A stretch of 64,000 bases of DNA. Origin: Nitrosopumilus sp. (GTDB lineage: Archaea > Thermoproteota > Nitrososphaeria > Nitrososphaerales > Nitrosopumilaceae). The notes below the pieces were generated by a model, which did not search any database, was not told the DNA's origin, and worked only from the letters and a program-made list of their open reading frames with translations. Of this stretch, positions 43,854 to 53,750 are shown one piece after another; position 1 is the first letter of the stretch; every line of letters starts with the position of its first letter. The position numbers and the translations under genes are program-made. The stretch covers positions 1,824,001 to 1,888,000 of the forward strand of contig OZ241857.1 of NCBI GenBank assembly GCA_965203315.1. The letters are read 5' to 3'.

Positions 43854-44570
43854 TTATCCATATATGGTGTCTTTGATATGTTTGGACTCATTCTCTGCTG
43901 ATTTTATCATCTCTTCTGCCTTTTTTGCTTCTTGCTGCAATAACTCGATATTGCACGATGCGCTAGGAATAATTTTAGATATTGCAAGACAGAGATCAGC
44001 ACTAGATTTAAAATCAGGTCCTACTCCATTTGTATAAAATACGATTACAATTACATCTTGGTTTGAGATGCTTGCTTCGTTTAAGAGTACTCCTGGTATA
44101 CCTGGAATTGTACCATTCTTTAAAATCTCTAGTCCTGCACGCTCAATCTGTTTCCGAGCTGCATCAGTACTTCCTATGCCCATTATGGATTCGTCTTTGT
44201 TTGGCGATTTGATAGCAACACTACTGATGATCAATTTTATTTGATGTCTCTTTGCCCATCGCAACATGGTTTTTGCAGTCGTTCTGTGGAGAGATTGGTC
44301 AAGTGTAAGATATGATAAAAAGATACTGATCTTGAACTCTTTATTCACGAATATTCTTGTCGGAAATGTTGGCTTGCCATCTTTGATTACACTAATTGGG
44401 GGAAAGATATCAGAGTCTATCACGCCTACTGCCTCAAATTGAGATGTGTTGATCATTGACTCAGTCGCAATAGCACTACTAAACCCTACCGATGGAAAAC
44501 CATCAACAAGATAGCCGTCCTCTAAATTTATTATTTTGTACTCTCGTATTCGCAGTTTGGGATACAACAT
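43854..44570 (-). CDS. PAC2-family proteasome assembly chaperone
   Basis: DGFPSVGFSSAIA, FPP, GIPGVLL, GPD..SA. Confidence 0.8.
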   Translation of the reverse strand: MLYPKLRIREYKIINLEDGYLVDGFPSVGFSSAIATESMINTSQFEAVGVIDSDIFPPISVIKDGKPTFPTRIFVNKEFKISIFLSYLTLDQSLHRTTAKTMLRWAKRHQIKLIISSVAIKSPNKDESIMGIGSTDAARKQIERAGLEILKNGTIPGIPGVLLNEASISNQDVIVIVFYTNGVGPDFKSSADLCLAISKIIPSASCNIELLQQEAKKAEEMIKSAENESKHIKDTIYG

Positions 44571-44952
44571 GTTATTTTGATCACAACAACATTAATAGTT
44601 TTTAGGTACACGCTCAAATGGATTGTTCTACTGGTATCCCTTATACCATTATACTGGTATACCCTTATACCTGATACCTAATTGTACCGTGAGAGATGTG
44701 TTATTGGATATCAGATGTCAAGTCATGTCCGTCCACTTTCAGTACGACTCTTGCCATCTAGGTAAATCTAGAAAATTTTGTTAATTCTATATTCTTGCAT
44801 CAAATACATGCATGTAAATACATGTTAGTTTATCACACTGACTCGTGTACATGTACTCTTGTCTTGTGTTTGGGTCAGCAAACCATACCTTGTATCTTGG
44901 AGATTATCTAAAACTATCTACTCGATATCAATTATATCCCTTGTCAGCAATG

Positions 44953-45897
44953 TCATGTATTATCTAGGCGTGACGAGAGTGCTGCATAGATGAATGGTAG
45001 TATTGTGGTTGCTTCGGCATGCAATGTTGTTTGATTTGCATGTCGTGTGACCTTGCCCCATGATATTGCCTCTCTTACTAGCGCCCCACTTAGACTCCCA
45101 TCAAACTCTTGAGCCGTTGTAATATAAAATGCATAATCTAGTCCATCTCTGTATTGATTCCACCACATGGTGTGATGTTTTGATATTCCTCCACCAATCA
45201 TAAACGCTCCGGATTTTGTTGCCTTGAAGATCAATCCCGCTAGTAGATCGGCATCACCGATCAGATTCAATTTAAAGTCTCTATGTTTCTGTGAGAACAT
45301 CCATATCTGACTACCTGCAGCACCATCAACAATTCCTGGAACTATTATGTCGATATCGTTCTTGTGTGCCCAATACAGGATCGAATCTTCGCCAAGATGT
45401 CGTCCTATCATCTTACAGATTTGAGACGTCGTCATCTCTCGAGTACCTTTTTGATACTCTTCTTCTAGAAACTCTTGCATCTTGGACTCGATAAGCGGTC
45501 CATAATTATTCATTGGGATTAAAACATTACCTAGTCTATGGATGTCTTGTTCAGCAAGTTGTGCATCGTCTATTGTAAATGAACCCTTGTTGTAATGGGA
45601 AAAGTGTTTGGCAATATCATGATCTAGTGCGCCACATGTTGTTATGCAGACATCAAACCACTTATTCTTGACCATGTCTTTGATTACTCCACGAAGTCCG
45701 GTGGACACAACTGCTCCTACAAAAGATATGAATCTTAAACAACTCTTGTCTGAGATCATATCTGTCAAGATATCTAACCCTTGACTAAGATTTGTTGATT
45801 CAAAACCTCCGGATTCGGAGATCTGTGCAAAGATATCATTGATGTTCATATTGGTACTGATCTGTATATCTTTGAGTGGTTCTTCAAAATCTGACAT
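44953..45897 (-). CDS. dys: Deoxyhypusine synthase
   Basis: STGLRG, HRLGNV, GGGISKHH, DGSLSGA..EAISWGK. Confidence 0.95.
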   Translation of the reverse strand: MSDFEEPLKDIQISTNMNINDIFAQISESGGFESTNLSQGLDILTDMISDKSCLRFISFVGAVVSTGLRGVIKDMVKNKWFDVCITTCGALDHDIAKHFSHYNKGSFTIDDAQLAEQDIHRLGNVLIPMNNYGPLIESKMQEFLEEEYQKGTREMTTSQICKMIGRHLGEDSILYWAHKNDIDIIVPGIVDGAAGSQIWMFSQKHRDFKLNLIGDADLLAGLIFKATKSGAFMIGGGISKHHTMWWNQYRDGLDYAFYITTAQEFDGSLSGALVREAISWGKVTRHANQTTLHAEATTILPFIYAALSSRLDNT

Positions 45898-46019
45898 TAT
45901 TCTACTCTGCTAAATTATCATATAAAACTCTGAGTATTGTTTTGCTTTAGCGTATTGTAGGTACGTGTCTGATATCCATTTGTGTCTGATTTAATATATG
46001 GATTATTGAAAGGATTTTT

Positions 46020-46676
46020 GTGCAAGTCTGTGGAGTAGATGACGCGGGACGTGGTTCTGTTATAGGACCACTTGTTATAGCAGGAGTCGTAATGAATCAA
46101 AACAAGATATCCGTGCTGAAAAAGATCGGAGTTCGTGATTCTAAAAAACTCTCTCCTCAGAGACGTACCAAGCTCTACTCTGAGATTATTGAGGTGGTTG
46201 ACTCGTATTATATTTTAAAGATCCATCCAAGATCTATAGACGCTAGTGTAAAGAATCACAAACTAAATCTATTGGAAGCAAAGTACATGGCACGAGTGAT
46301 CAAACATCTAGGTGCTGATAGATCCTACGTTGACTCATGTGATGTCGATCCTAATAGATTTGGTAAGGCTATCTCATTGTTGTCTGAGAATCATTCGATA
46401 ATCTCATCTCATCATGCGGATAGTAGATTTGTCATAGTCTCTGCAGCATCTATACTCGCCAAGGTTACGCGTGATAGATCGATTACTAGACTACAAAAGT
46501 ACAACGATCTAGGAAGTGGATATCCTGCAGACCCAAAGACAAAGAGATTTCTGACAACATGTTATACACAAGACAAGACATTTCCCACATTTGTACGGAA
46601 AAGTTGGAAGCCTGTTAAGAGACTAATCCAAACTCTGCGCGATGATCAATACATGACCACGGTCATACGGGTATAG
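46020..46676 (+). CDS. rnhB: Ribonuclease HII
   Basis: GVDDAGRG.VIGPL, DSKKL, SAASILAKV.RD, GSGYP.D. Confidence 0.95.
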   Translation: MQVCGVDDAGRGSVIGPLVIAGVVMNQNKISVLKKIGVRDSKKLSPQRRTKLYSEIIEVVDSYYILKIHPRSIDASVKNHKLNLLEAKYMARVIKHLGADRSYVDSCDVDPNRFGKAISLLSENHSIISSHHADSRFVIVSAASILAKVTRDRSITRLQKYNDLGSGYPADPKTKRFLTTCYTQDKTFPTFVRKSWKPVKRLIQTLRDDQYMTTVIRV

Positions 46677-47294
46677 ATCTATGGATTGAAGTATCTCGAA
46701 CTTTGAGTAGAGTTTGGCAGTCTCTTCTGACACAACCTGTCTCGATGGTTTTGCAGAGTTGATGCTGTGGATCTTTACCACAAGAAATAAGAATCCGCGA
46801 GACTTTAAGAATCTCTTACAGTTGTTTATGGCGATCTCTGTTTGATCGGGTTGCGCAATGTCGACATATGCTACATCAACCTTGCCAAATACTGAAAAGT
46901 ACTCTGATGGTTTGCGTGCATCTTGAAGTATGGGAATAATATTTGCTCTATGAGCTGCAACTCGATCTAAAAAGTCCCGAGCAACTCGACTAGCATGATC
47001 AACACTGAATACAATACCACTCGCGCCTACGATATCTGATATGTGACTTACTGTGGTGCCTGTAGATGCTCCTAGGTATAGAACACGAGTCTTGTTCTCA
47101 AATGGAAAGAATTCTAATTTTTGCATTATCGCTGCCGCAAGTTTACTGCGAAACGGATCCCATATGCGATACTCGATCCCCTTTTTTAATACCAGTCGCT
47201 CTCCGTACACATTATTTCCTGGAACCAAGTTTATGGTCGCAATTCTGATCTCTCCTTCCGATCTAATCCAAAAGAACGATTTATCTTCGTCCAA
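46623..47294 (-). CDS. flpA: Fibrillarin-like rRNA/tRNA 2'-O-methyltransferase
   Basis: VYGE, YRIWDPFRSKLAA, LYLGASTGTTVSHISD, DIAQPDQ; start moved to TTG 47294. Confidence 0.93.
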   Translation of the reverse strand: MDEDKSFFWIRSEGEIRIATINLVPGNNVYGERLVLKKGIEYRIWDPFRSKLAAAIMQKLEFFPFENKTRVLYLGASTGTTVSHISDIVGASGIVFSVDHASRVARDFLDRVAAHRANIIPILQDARKPSEYFSVFGKVDVAYVDIAQPDQTEIAINNCKRFLKSRGFLFLVVKIHSINSAKPSRQVVSEETAKLYSKFEILQSIDLYPYDRGHVLIIAQSLD

Positions 47295-48522
47295 ACTTTC
47301 TCTTTCTACCTTTTGAATCTGGTCTGTTACGTCTACCTTGTTTGACTCTCTTACCTTGTCCAAAGTTACCGCGACGATCAAATGTCCTTTCTTTACTATT
47401 CCTTTCTGTAGGTTCAACGTACTTTTCACCAATCTCCTTAACACGAATATTGAGTTTATCCAAGAGTGTGTTGTTTATGCCTTCGCCATAGGTGTCAACA
47501 CGCGCAGCTATTACAGCTTTTGCAGCAATTGCCCGTGCGATCTTTCCTCGCTGCCAGCGCGGTGCTGAATGAACCATAGGATGCTGAAATAACAATCCGT
47601 GTTTTGGTGGTCGCGAACCTGTCTTGAGTGAACGAAATAATGCCTTCTCAGCACCAAGAACTTGGATCGTACTTGCAGGCATTGATGCTAATTTTTTGAT
47701 ACTACCTGCTCTCGACAGCAATCTTGCACCTAATGCAGTACCTACTATTGCTGACAAGTTTGGTGCAATAATTTTAAACTCAGACTCTATGTGTTCTTCT
47801 AGCTTGTGACGGGTTTTGTTGAACTCTAGTATCTGTCTAGCAATAGACTGAACTATAACAAGATTGGTATCAGATATTTTACCACCTTTGCTCTGTTTTG
47901 CTACAATGTAGATGACTTCTGCCTTTGATTCAGGAAAACCTGCGTCACATATCTTTTGCTTTGTAAGTGTGTCTCGACTCCCTGCAACTACTAGCTGTGC
48001 ATAACCACTAATACCATCTATTATGTTCTCTAACTCTGGAAAGTGTAGTCCGTACCATTCACGTACTCGGGCACCAAGAACATTGATCATCTTGTCGATC
48101 TCATCGAGTGTACCTACAGCTTGACCTACGTGCATGTCCGGACTCTCAGATACTTGCGTAACTGTCGCCGATGACAATTCTATTGCAAAGTCACGTAGTC
48201 TTCCTAGAGCCTCATATTCACTATTTGCAAATTCAGAGTTTACTATTATCTGTGGTTTATTCTGTTGTATTCGTTCGATCTCAAAAGCCTCCATAATGTG
48301 CGAATCTATAGAGTTCTGTTTGAGTATTGATAGTAGTGACTCGTCGCTAACTGCTGATCCACTAGAACCAGCCGCCAAAAAAGCTACAACATTCTCTAAT
48401 TTTGCTTTTTTTGCCTTTATGTCTAGATACTCTTTAATCGGATCCGTGAAACGAAACGCTTTCACGAGCATGTCATCTTGGAATACAGATATGCCAAGTT
48501 CTGTTAGAATCACAGAATACAT
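47281..48522 (-). CDS. Nop5 (Nop56/58) C/D box RNP protein
   Basis: REWYGLHFPEL, APNLS, PASTIQVLGAEKALF, PKHG. Confidence 0.95.
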   Translation of the reverse strand: MYSVILTELGISVFQDDMLVKAFRFTDPIKEYLDIKAKKAKLENVVAFLAAGSSGSAVSDESLLSILKQNSIDSHIMEAFEIERIQQNKPQIIVNSEFANSEYEALGRLRDFAIELSSATVTQVSESPDMHVGQAVGTLDEIDKMINVLGARVREWYGLHFPELENIIDGISGYAQLVVAGSRDTLTKQKICDAGFPESKAEVIYIVAKQSKGGKISDTNLVIVQSIARQILEFNKTRHKLEEHIESEFKIIAPNLSAIVGTALGARLLSRAGSIKKLASMPASTIQVLGAEKALFRSLKTGSRPPKHGLLFQHPMVHSAPRWQRGKIARAIAAKAVIAARVDTYGEGINNTLLDKLNIRVKEIGEKYVEPTERNSKERTFDRRGNFGQGKRVKQGRRNRPDSKGRKRKFGRR

Positions 48523-48623
48523 GGTTCTCTAAATCAAACTCGCCTTTAAAAAAGATACCAACTTGAACTGTGATATCTCTAGTATTGATTTGTAGTATAT
48601 GTGATACTCGATATTCCAGGTAC

Positions 48624-49869
48624 CAGACATCGCAAATGTACGTGTAAATTTTGGCATCTAGGGTGCAATCGGCTCAGGCGGAGGCTCAGGTGGGATCTCG
48701 ATCAATGTTTGCACTGTTTTAAGAAACAAGCTTTGGTACATCTTATGAGATGTGATACCTTCAACCAACAATACAAGATTGAATATAGTCCACAAGTTTA
48801 GCAACATTTGTGCAGACATGAACATGTATGTTCTACACGGTGTTGATCTACTGTGAGTTCTAACACGCATATTTCGAGTAAATTTGAATCCATTCTCAAT
48901 CTCCCAACGATCGCGATATTTCTCTAGATCAATATTTGGATCATTTGTTGCAAATGCTCTATACTCTTCTGGGTCATCTCTGTCACGAGTTATTATGATG
49001 TAACATCCTGCTTGATCCTTGTTGTTCTTTATTACATATTTTGACACTCTAACTCGTTCTCCTCGTTTGTATTCCTCTATTGCTTTTTTTATGCCAGAAG
49101 TGTTTACGCATGGCATCAGATATTTGTGTCTAGTTCCATTCAAGAATTTGATCATAGCGACTGAATAAAACCCACGATCGGCAACAAACAGCGCTGGTCT
49201 TGTAGAGTTTATTTCGTAAAAATCTACAATTTTAGGCATAAAATCAGCATTTTTTTCCCCTTTTTTGACTGAAAATGTAGATAAAACAAGTCTTGTGCCG
49301 GGGTTGACCAGCTGTGCAGAGATGTGTGTCTCAAATACAGTCGTACCATCTTTCGCTCTACCCTTAATCAGATCTGGATTATCTTTATCATATCTTGAAA
49401 AACTCGTTCTGTCTACTCCAATGATAGGATGTCGAGGAAAGCGACCAAGCCGTTTTAGCTCTGACAGGTGTTGCGTCACGGCATACTTGAATATCTCATC
49501 TATCGGTTTCTCACACGTCTCTTCGATCCTCTTCCTAATCCATTCGCCTGTAGGTGCATAACCATCACTATCTCTGATCAATCTGGAACGATCAGCAGGA
49601 GATTTGTTTGCTACTGCCGCATCTATGATGATCTTGAGTCCGTCCCATTTTGTGTATTTGGCATTGTGATAATTAGATACTTTGAATGGTATCTGATCCA
49701 TAGCGTTTATGAAAATATATCTACAAGTAGAACGGTTTCTAGATACTGCTTGTCTCAGCGAGTCTGATTGTTTGCGCATTAGATTCCTGAGACATGCAAT
49801 CCTTATTGACTTTGTTTGATCGATATTTTTGATCTTTTGGTTAAATTATAGTTACTTTTGCGATGTCTG
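48624..49869 (-). mobile_element. ISH3/IS4-like insertion sequence, 1246 bp
   Basis: TIR CAGACATCGCAAA(T/A)GTA 16/17; 6-bp TSD AGGTAC (48618-48623, 49870-49875). Confidence 0.9.
48658..49779 (-). CDS. ISH3-like DDE transposase
   Basis: IGVD, VADRGFYS, YRDRWEIENGFK. Confidence 0.9.
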   Translation of the reverse strand: MRKQSDSLRQAVSRNRSTCRYIFINAMDQIPFKVSNYHNAKYTKWDGLKIIIDAAVANKSPADRSRLIRDSDGYAPTGEWIRKRIEETCEKPIDEIFKYAVTQHLSELKRLGRFPRHPIIGVDRTSFSRYDKDNPDLIKGRAKDGTTVFETHISAQLVNPGTRLVLSTFSVKKGEKNADFMPKIVDFYEINSTRPALFVADRGFYSVAMIKFLNGTRHKYLMPCVNTSGIKKAIEEYKRGERVRVSKYVIKNNKDQAGCYIIITRDRDDPEEYRAFATNDPNIDLEKYRDRWEIENGFKFTRNMRVRTHSRSTPCRTYMFMSAQMLLNLWTIFNLVLLVEGITSHKMYQSLFLKTVQTLIEIPPEPPPEPIAP

Positions 49870-49916
49870 AGGTACACATGCATGATATCAGATATACATG
49901 TACATCTTACCAATCT

Positions 49917-51615
49917 GTATGAGGTTAGGTCTCACGCACAACTTTTAGGAGTGTATCATAGACGTTGAGACCTTGTTGCTCCCATGTTGTTACACATGTA
50001 AAGATATTGCCAACTCGTCGTTTACTCTCCTCAGATACGATACGTTGAGTTACCTTGCGGAATAGCACCATTGATCGTATAGCTCGCTCTGCTCTGTTGT
50101 TTGTGTATTCCATACCATAGTATAGCACAAATGTGTATAGATCATCTGCAGCATTAGCTAAATGAACTCCAAATTTGCGACAAGCTTCGTTGTCTAGTTT
50201 CTTGTACTCTGCTGCAAGTGATAATGTCTTTTGCACTAGATCATCTACTCTGTATTTTAGGTACATGTCCACATGATTGGGATTGTCCACCTGTAGTGCT
50301 TTTGCAATTTCAAGTAGTTTCTGCAATCTTTTGTACATTAGTACAGTATGTACGTCACACATTGTATCTTTTGCATTTCGCAGTATGTGCGCCCAACAAC
50401 GTTGCCGTACATTGAATAGCTTGTACACGACATATCCATCCGACACGAGTGGTATCAGAATATACTTTTTGAATGTTTTTTCAAGAAACTTTTTTGTACG
50501 ATCTGGCGATATGATGAATTGCGTACCATAATCGCCGACAAGAACCCAGACCCATCCCAATTTCGCAGCAAGGGACATCGACGTCTCATCCATGTAGATT
50601 ACCTTGGATTTTAGGTTCATTCTCTCTATTTTTTTGACATATTTGTCTAGTTTATCGGCAATCGTGTCTATTGCACCCGTTACCATCTTTTTAGATATAC
50701 ACGGGTCTAGGCATTGAAGAGTACTAGTTATTGTTCTGATACTACAGCCATTCTTTCTCATTATGGTTGCAATCACGCCTAGAATTGGGCACAACATTGT
50801 GTTGTGTAGTATGTCTGGGATGCTGTCGAATGTATCGCCTGATGCGCCACAATCTCTACAGTTGTAAAAGTATCCGATATGGAGTATGTGCAATATTATG
50901 ATCTGTATGTCAATCGTTCTCTTTTGTCTAGACCTCTTGTTGTCAACATGCTTACTGCCACATCCATCACACTTTTCTTTTTTATGATGTCTTGTCTTGT
51001 CTGTTTTTATGTTGTCGGAAACTCCTTTGTGACCCTTGTCTTGTCCTGCTTTTTTCCATTCGCTTTTAGATTTTCTTGTACCCTTTTTTACATGATCTGG
51101 TTGTTTTGATGAGGGTACGTTAGAATTGTCGAGCTGCTTGCGTCTCGTTTCTTTGTTCTTGGCCTGTGCTGTTTGTACCTCTATCTTTTCTTTTTTACCC
51201 TCTATCTTTTTTCTGGTGTTACGAATCTTGGTCTGTGATAGTTGTTGACCACGTTCTATAATTTTGATCATCCTTTGGAATACATTAAAACAATCATTGA
51301 TTGAATTTGGAGATACTTGGAGTCCCATAATTGTAGCAAGTAAAATCTCGTACAGTTTCATATTCATTCTCTTCTGCTTTGCAACTTGTTTTTGTAGACT
51401 CGTAATGGTCTCTTGTTGTTGTTCGATGGTATCATTTTGCTGCTTGACAGTATCCTCTAGATCTGCTATCTTGGCAGATGTCTCCCTATCTTTTTTGGTA
51501 GTCTTTTGTCTCGCGATCTGTCTAGACATTGTCATAATTGGTAATGTTTGGATTTAGCCTAGATTATCTAGAAAAGTTGTCCCTTTTGGTAGATCTTTTA
51601 AACCTAACCTCGTAC
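49917..51615 (-). mobile_element. IS66-family element (single ORF), 1699 bp
   Basis: TIR GTA(T/C)GAGGTTAGGT 13/14; 8-bp TSD ACCAATCT (49909-49916, 51616-51623). Confidence 0.92.
49925..51535 (-). CDS. IS66-family transposase
   Basis: Coiled coil, NSNVPSS, GQDKGHKG, CxxC Zn motifs, MDETS, SDGYVVY, QRCWAH.LR, TNNRAERAIR. Confidence 0.93.
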   Translation of the reverse strand: MTMSRQIARQKTTKKDRETSAKIADLEDTVKQQNDTIEQQQETITSLQKQVAKQKRMNMKLYEILLATIMGLQVSPNSINDCFNVFQRMIKIIERGQQLSQTKIRNTRKKIEGKKEKIEVQTAQAKNKETRRKQLDNSNVPSSKQPDHVKKGTRKSKSEWKKAGQDKGHKGVSDNIKTDKTRHHKKEKCDGCGSKHVDNKRSRQKRTIDIQIIILHILHIGYFYNCRDCGASGDTFDSIPDILHNTMLCPILGVIATIMRKNGCSIRTITSTLQCLDPCISKKMVTGAIDTIADKLDKYVKKIERMNLKSKVIYMDETSMSLAAKLGWVWVLVGDYGTQFIISPDRTKKFLEKTFKKYILIPLVSDGYVVYKLFNVRQRCWAHILRNAKDTMCDVHTVLMYKRLQKLLEIAKALQVDNPNHVDMYLKYRVDDLVQKTLSLAAEYKKLDNEACRKFGVHLANAADDLYTFVLYYGMEYTNNRAERAIRSMVLFRKVTQRIVSEESKRRVGNIFTCVTTWEQQGLNVYDTLLKVVRET

Positions 51616-51902
51616 ACCAATCTAGTTTTATGTACATTGCAATCTAGAGTGGCATATATTGTGATGAATATCTAGAGTGTTGGATTGCTCAAGATCAGAC
51701 TAGATCGACATGCAACGTTTACATGATTCACTAAACGCGAGACTATGGCATATGTACTCGATGGTATCTAAGTTTGATATCGAGTTAGAATATTGATCAA
51801 TCGTGGCAAGTCAAGTAGATTTGCATAATCACCATCTCATGTTTGTAGTACTGATGGTAAGATAATCAACTATTATATTCCAAATTGTACACCTCTGAAA
51901 AT

Positions 51903-52811
51903 ATGGAGCCCAGTCTTGAAACATCTATTGGTAAATTAAATCTCTCGAGACCGGTAATGCTGGCGTCGGGAATCTTGGGAATCTCTCTAGATGTCTTTGA
52001 TAGGCTGTACAAATCAGGAGCTGGTGCAATAGTTACAAAGTCTCTAAGTCGTGAGCCATGGGAGGGGTACAGTAATCCAACTGTATTCAGCACAGGGAAT
52101 GGCGGTTGGATAAATGCAGTCGGTCTCTCAAATCCGGGGGCTACAAACTTTGCAACAATGATTCGCAATAATGTCGATACTCCTATAATTCCTAGTCTGG
52201 TGGGCTCTATACCTGAGGACTTTGAGTTTATGGTGGAGCAGTTTAACGGATGTCGAGTTATGGCATACGAGTTGAATCTCTCCTGCCCCCATGTGGCAAA
52301 AGTTGGATTAGAGGTTGGCGACGATCTAAAACTAGTTAAAGAGATAATCAATACAATAAAAGACACTACCAACATTCCGATAATTGCAAAGATTGGATTA
52401 GGCAATACAAACTATCATCATACAGTAAATGCAGCTATAGATTCTGGAGTTGACGCGATAACTGCCATAAATACAATTCGCGCAATTGCAATAGATGCAG
52501 AGACACAACGACCTATACTGTCTAACAAGTTTGGTGGATTATCTGGTTCGCCCATAAAACACATTGCACAGAGATGTGTCTTTGAGATTGCGACTAAACA
52601 CAAGATTCCTATAATTGGCTGTGGTGGAATCTCGACATGGGAAGATGCTGTGGAGTTTATTCTTGCTGGCGCATCTGCACTTCAAGTAGGTAGTGCGATA
52701 GGATCTAGTTGGATGAATACATTTGATGTTATCAATCAAGGAATAATCCAATACATGAAGAAGAAGGGATACAATACAATACAGGAGATGGTTGGACTTG
52801 CAACGAGATAA
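51903..52811 (+). CDS. pyrD: Dihydroorotate dehydrogenase, catalytic subunit
   Basis: NAVGLSNPG, ELNLSCPH, AINT, GGLSG, GCGGI. Confidence 0.94.
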   Translation: MEPSLETSIGKLNLSRPVMLASGILGISLDVFDRLYKSGAGAIVTKSLSREPWEGYSNPTVFSTGNGGWINAVGLSNPGATNFATMIRNNVDTPIIPSLVGSIPEDFEFMVEQFNGCRVMAYELNLSCPHVAKVGLEVGDDLKLVKEIINTIKDTTNIPIIAKIGLGNTNYHHTVNAAIDSGVDAITAINTIRAIAIDAETQRPILSNKFGGLSGSPIKHIAQRCVFEIATKHKIPIIGCGGISTWEDAVEFILAGASALQVGSAIGSSWMNTFDVINQGIIQYMKKKGYNTIQEMVGLATR

Positions 52812-53610
52812 CAATCACCCGACTATTGTAACTATTCAAGATATCATTCAAGAGACACCCACTGTCAAGACGTTGATCTATACCGATGAGGTAATGTCTT
52901 CTGCACTACCAGGCCAATTTGCAATGGTTTGGATACCTGACATAGGTGAGCTGCCGATGAGTATAATGATAGATCCAGAACCTGACAGAGCCGCATTTAC
53001 TGTTAGGAGACACGGTGTATCGTCAACAGGACTGTTTGATCTTCATGTGGGTGATTCTATTGGTGTACGTGGTCCATATGGAAATACATTTGATCTAAAA
53101 CATGGTAAGGTGCTGATGGTTGGCGGTGGTACTGGTCTTGTACCTATGATGCGACTATTAACACAAGTAAAAAGAGATGATGATGTAACTCTCGTCATGG
53201 GCGCAAAGACCAAGTCTGAGGTCTTTTTTGAAGATCTTGCAGAATCGTTACTGTCTACAAACCCTCATAGAATTCTAGTATCTACTGATGATGGTAGCTA
53301 TGGCCAATCCGGACTGGTAACCGATATCGTAGATCAATTAATCAGTAAAGAGACTTTTGATGGTGTATATACATGTGGACCAGAGATGATGATGTACAAG
53401 ACTGTTAAATCAGCAAACACGCATGGAGTCTTTGTCCAAGCCAGTCTTGAGAGAGTTATGAAGTGTGGCGTAGGTATCTGTGGCAGTTGTTGCATGGGCA
53501 GAGATCTTGTATGTCGAGATGGAACAGTATTTGATGGTATACATTTAGAACAGAACAACGAATTTGGACACATATACAAAAGTAAATCCGGAATTCAGAT
53601 TAGATATTAG
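52792..53610 (+). CDS. pyrK: Dihydroorotate dehydrogenase electron transfer subunit
   Basis: PGQF, RGPYGN, GGGTG, CGP, MKCGVGICGSC. Confidence 0.93.
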   Translation: MDLQRDNNHPTIVTIQDIIQETPTVKTLIYTDEVMSSALPGQFAMVWIPDIGELPMSIMIDPEPDRAAFTVRRHGVSSTGLFDLHVGDSIGVRGPYGNTFDLKHGKVLMVGGGTGLVPMMRLLTQVKRDDDVTLVMGAKTKSEVFFEDLAESLLSTNPHRILVSTDDGSYGQSGLVTDIVDQLISKETFDGVYTCGPEMMMYKTVKSANTHGVFVQASLERVMKCGVGICGSCCMGRDLVCRDGTVFDGIHLEQNNEFGHIYKSKSGIQIRY

Positions 53611-53750
53611 TGATGGTAAATGTACAAGAATATCTCGAATTTAATTCTGTCAACTATATCTCAAATTTAGATATGCTCGGATTTAGATATGTGCCTTTGC
53701 ATAACATTCTTGTATACTGTACTAGTTTTGTATGGTCTGTACTCTATGCA

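Noticed and set aside
47295-47444. Long N-terminal extension of fibrillarin
   Set aside because: Overlaps the nop5 3' end; TTG at 47294 gives a normal-length protein
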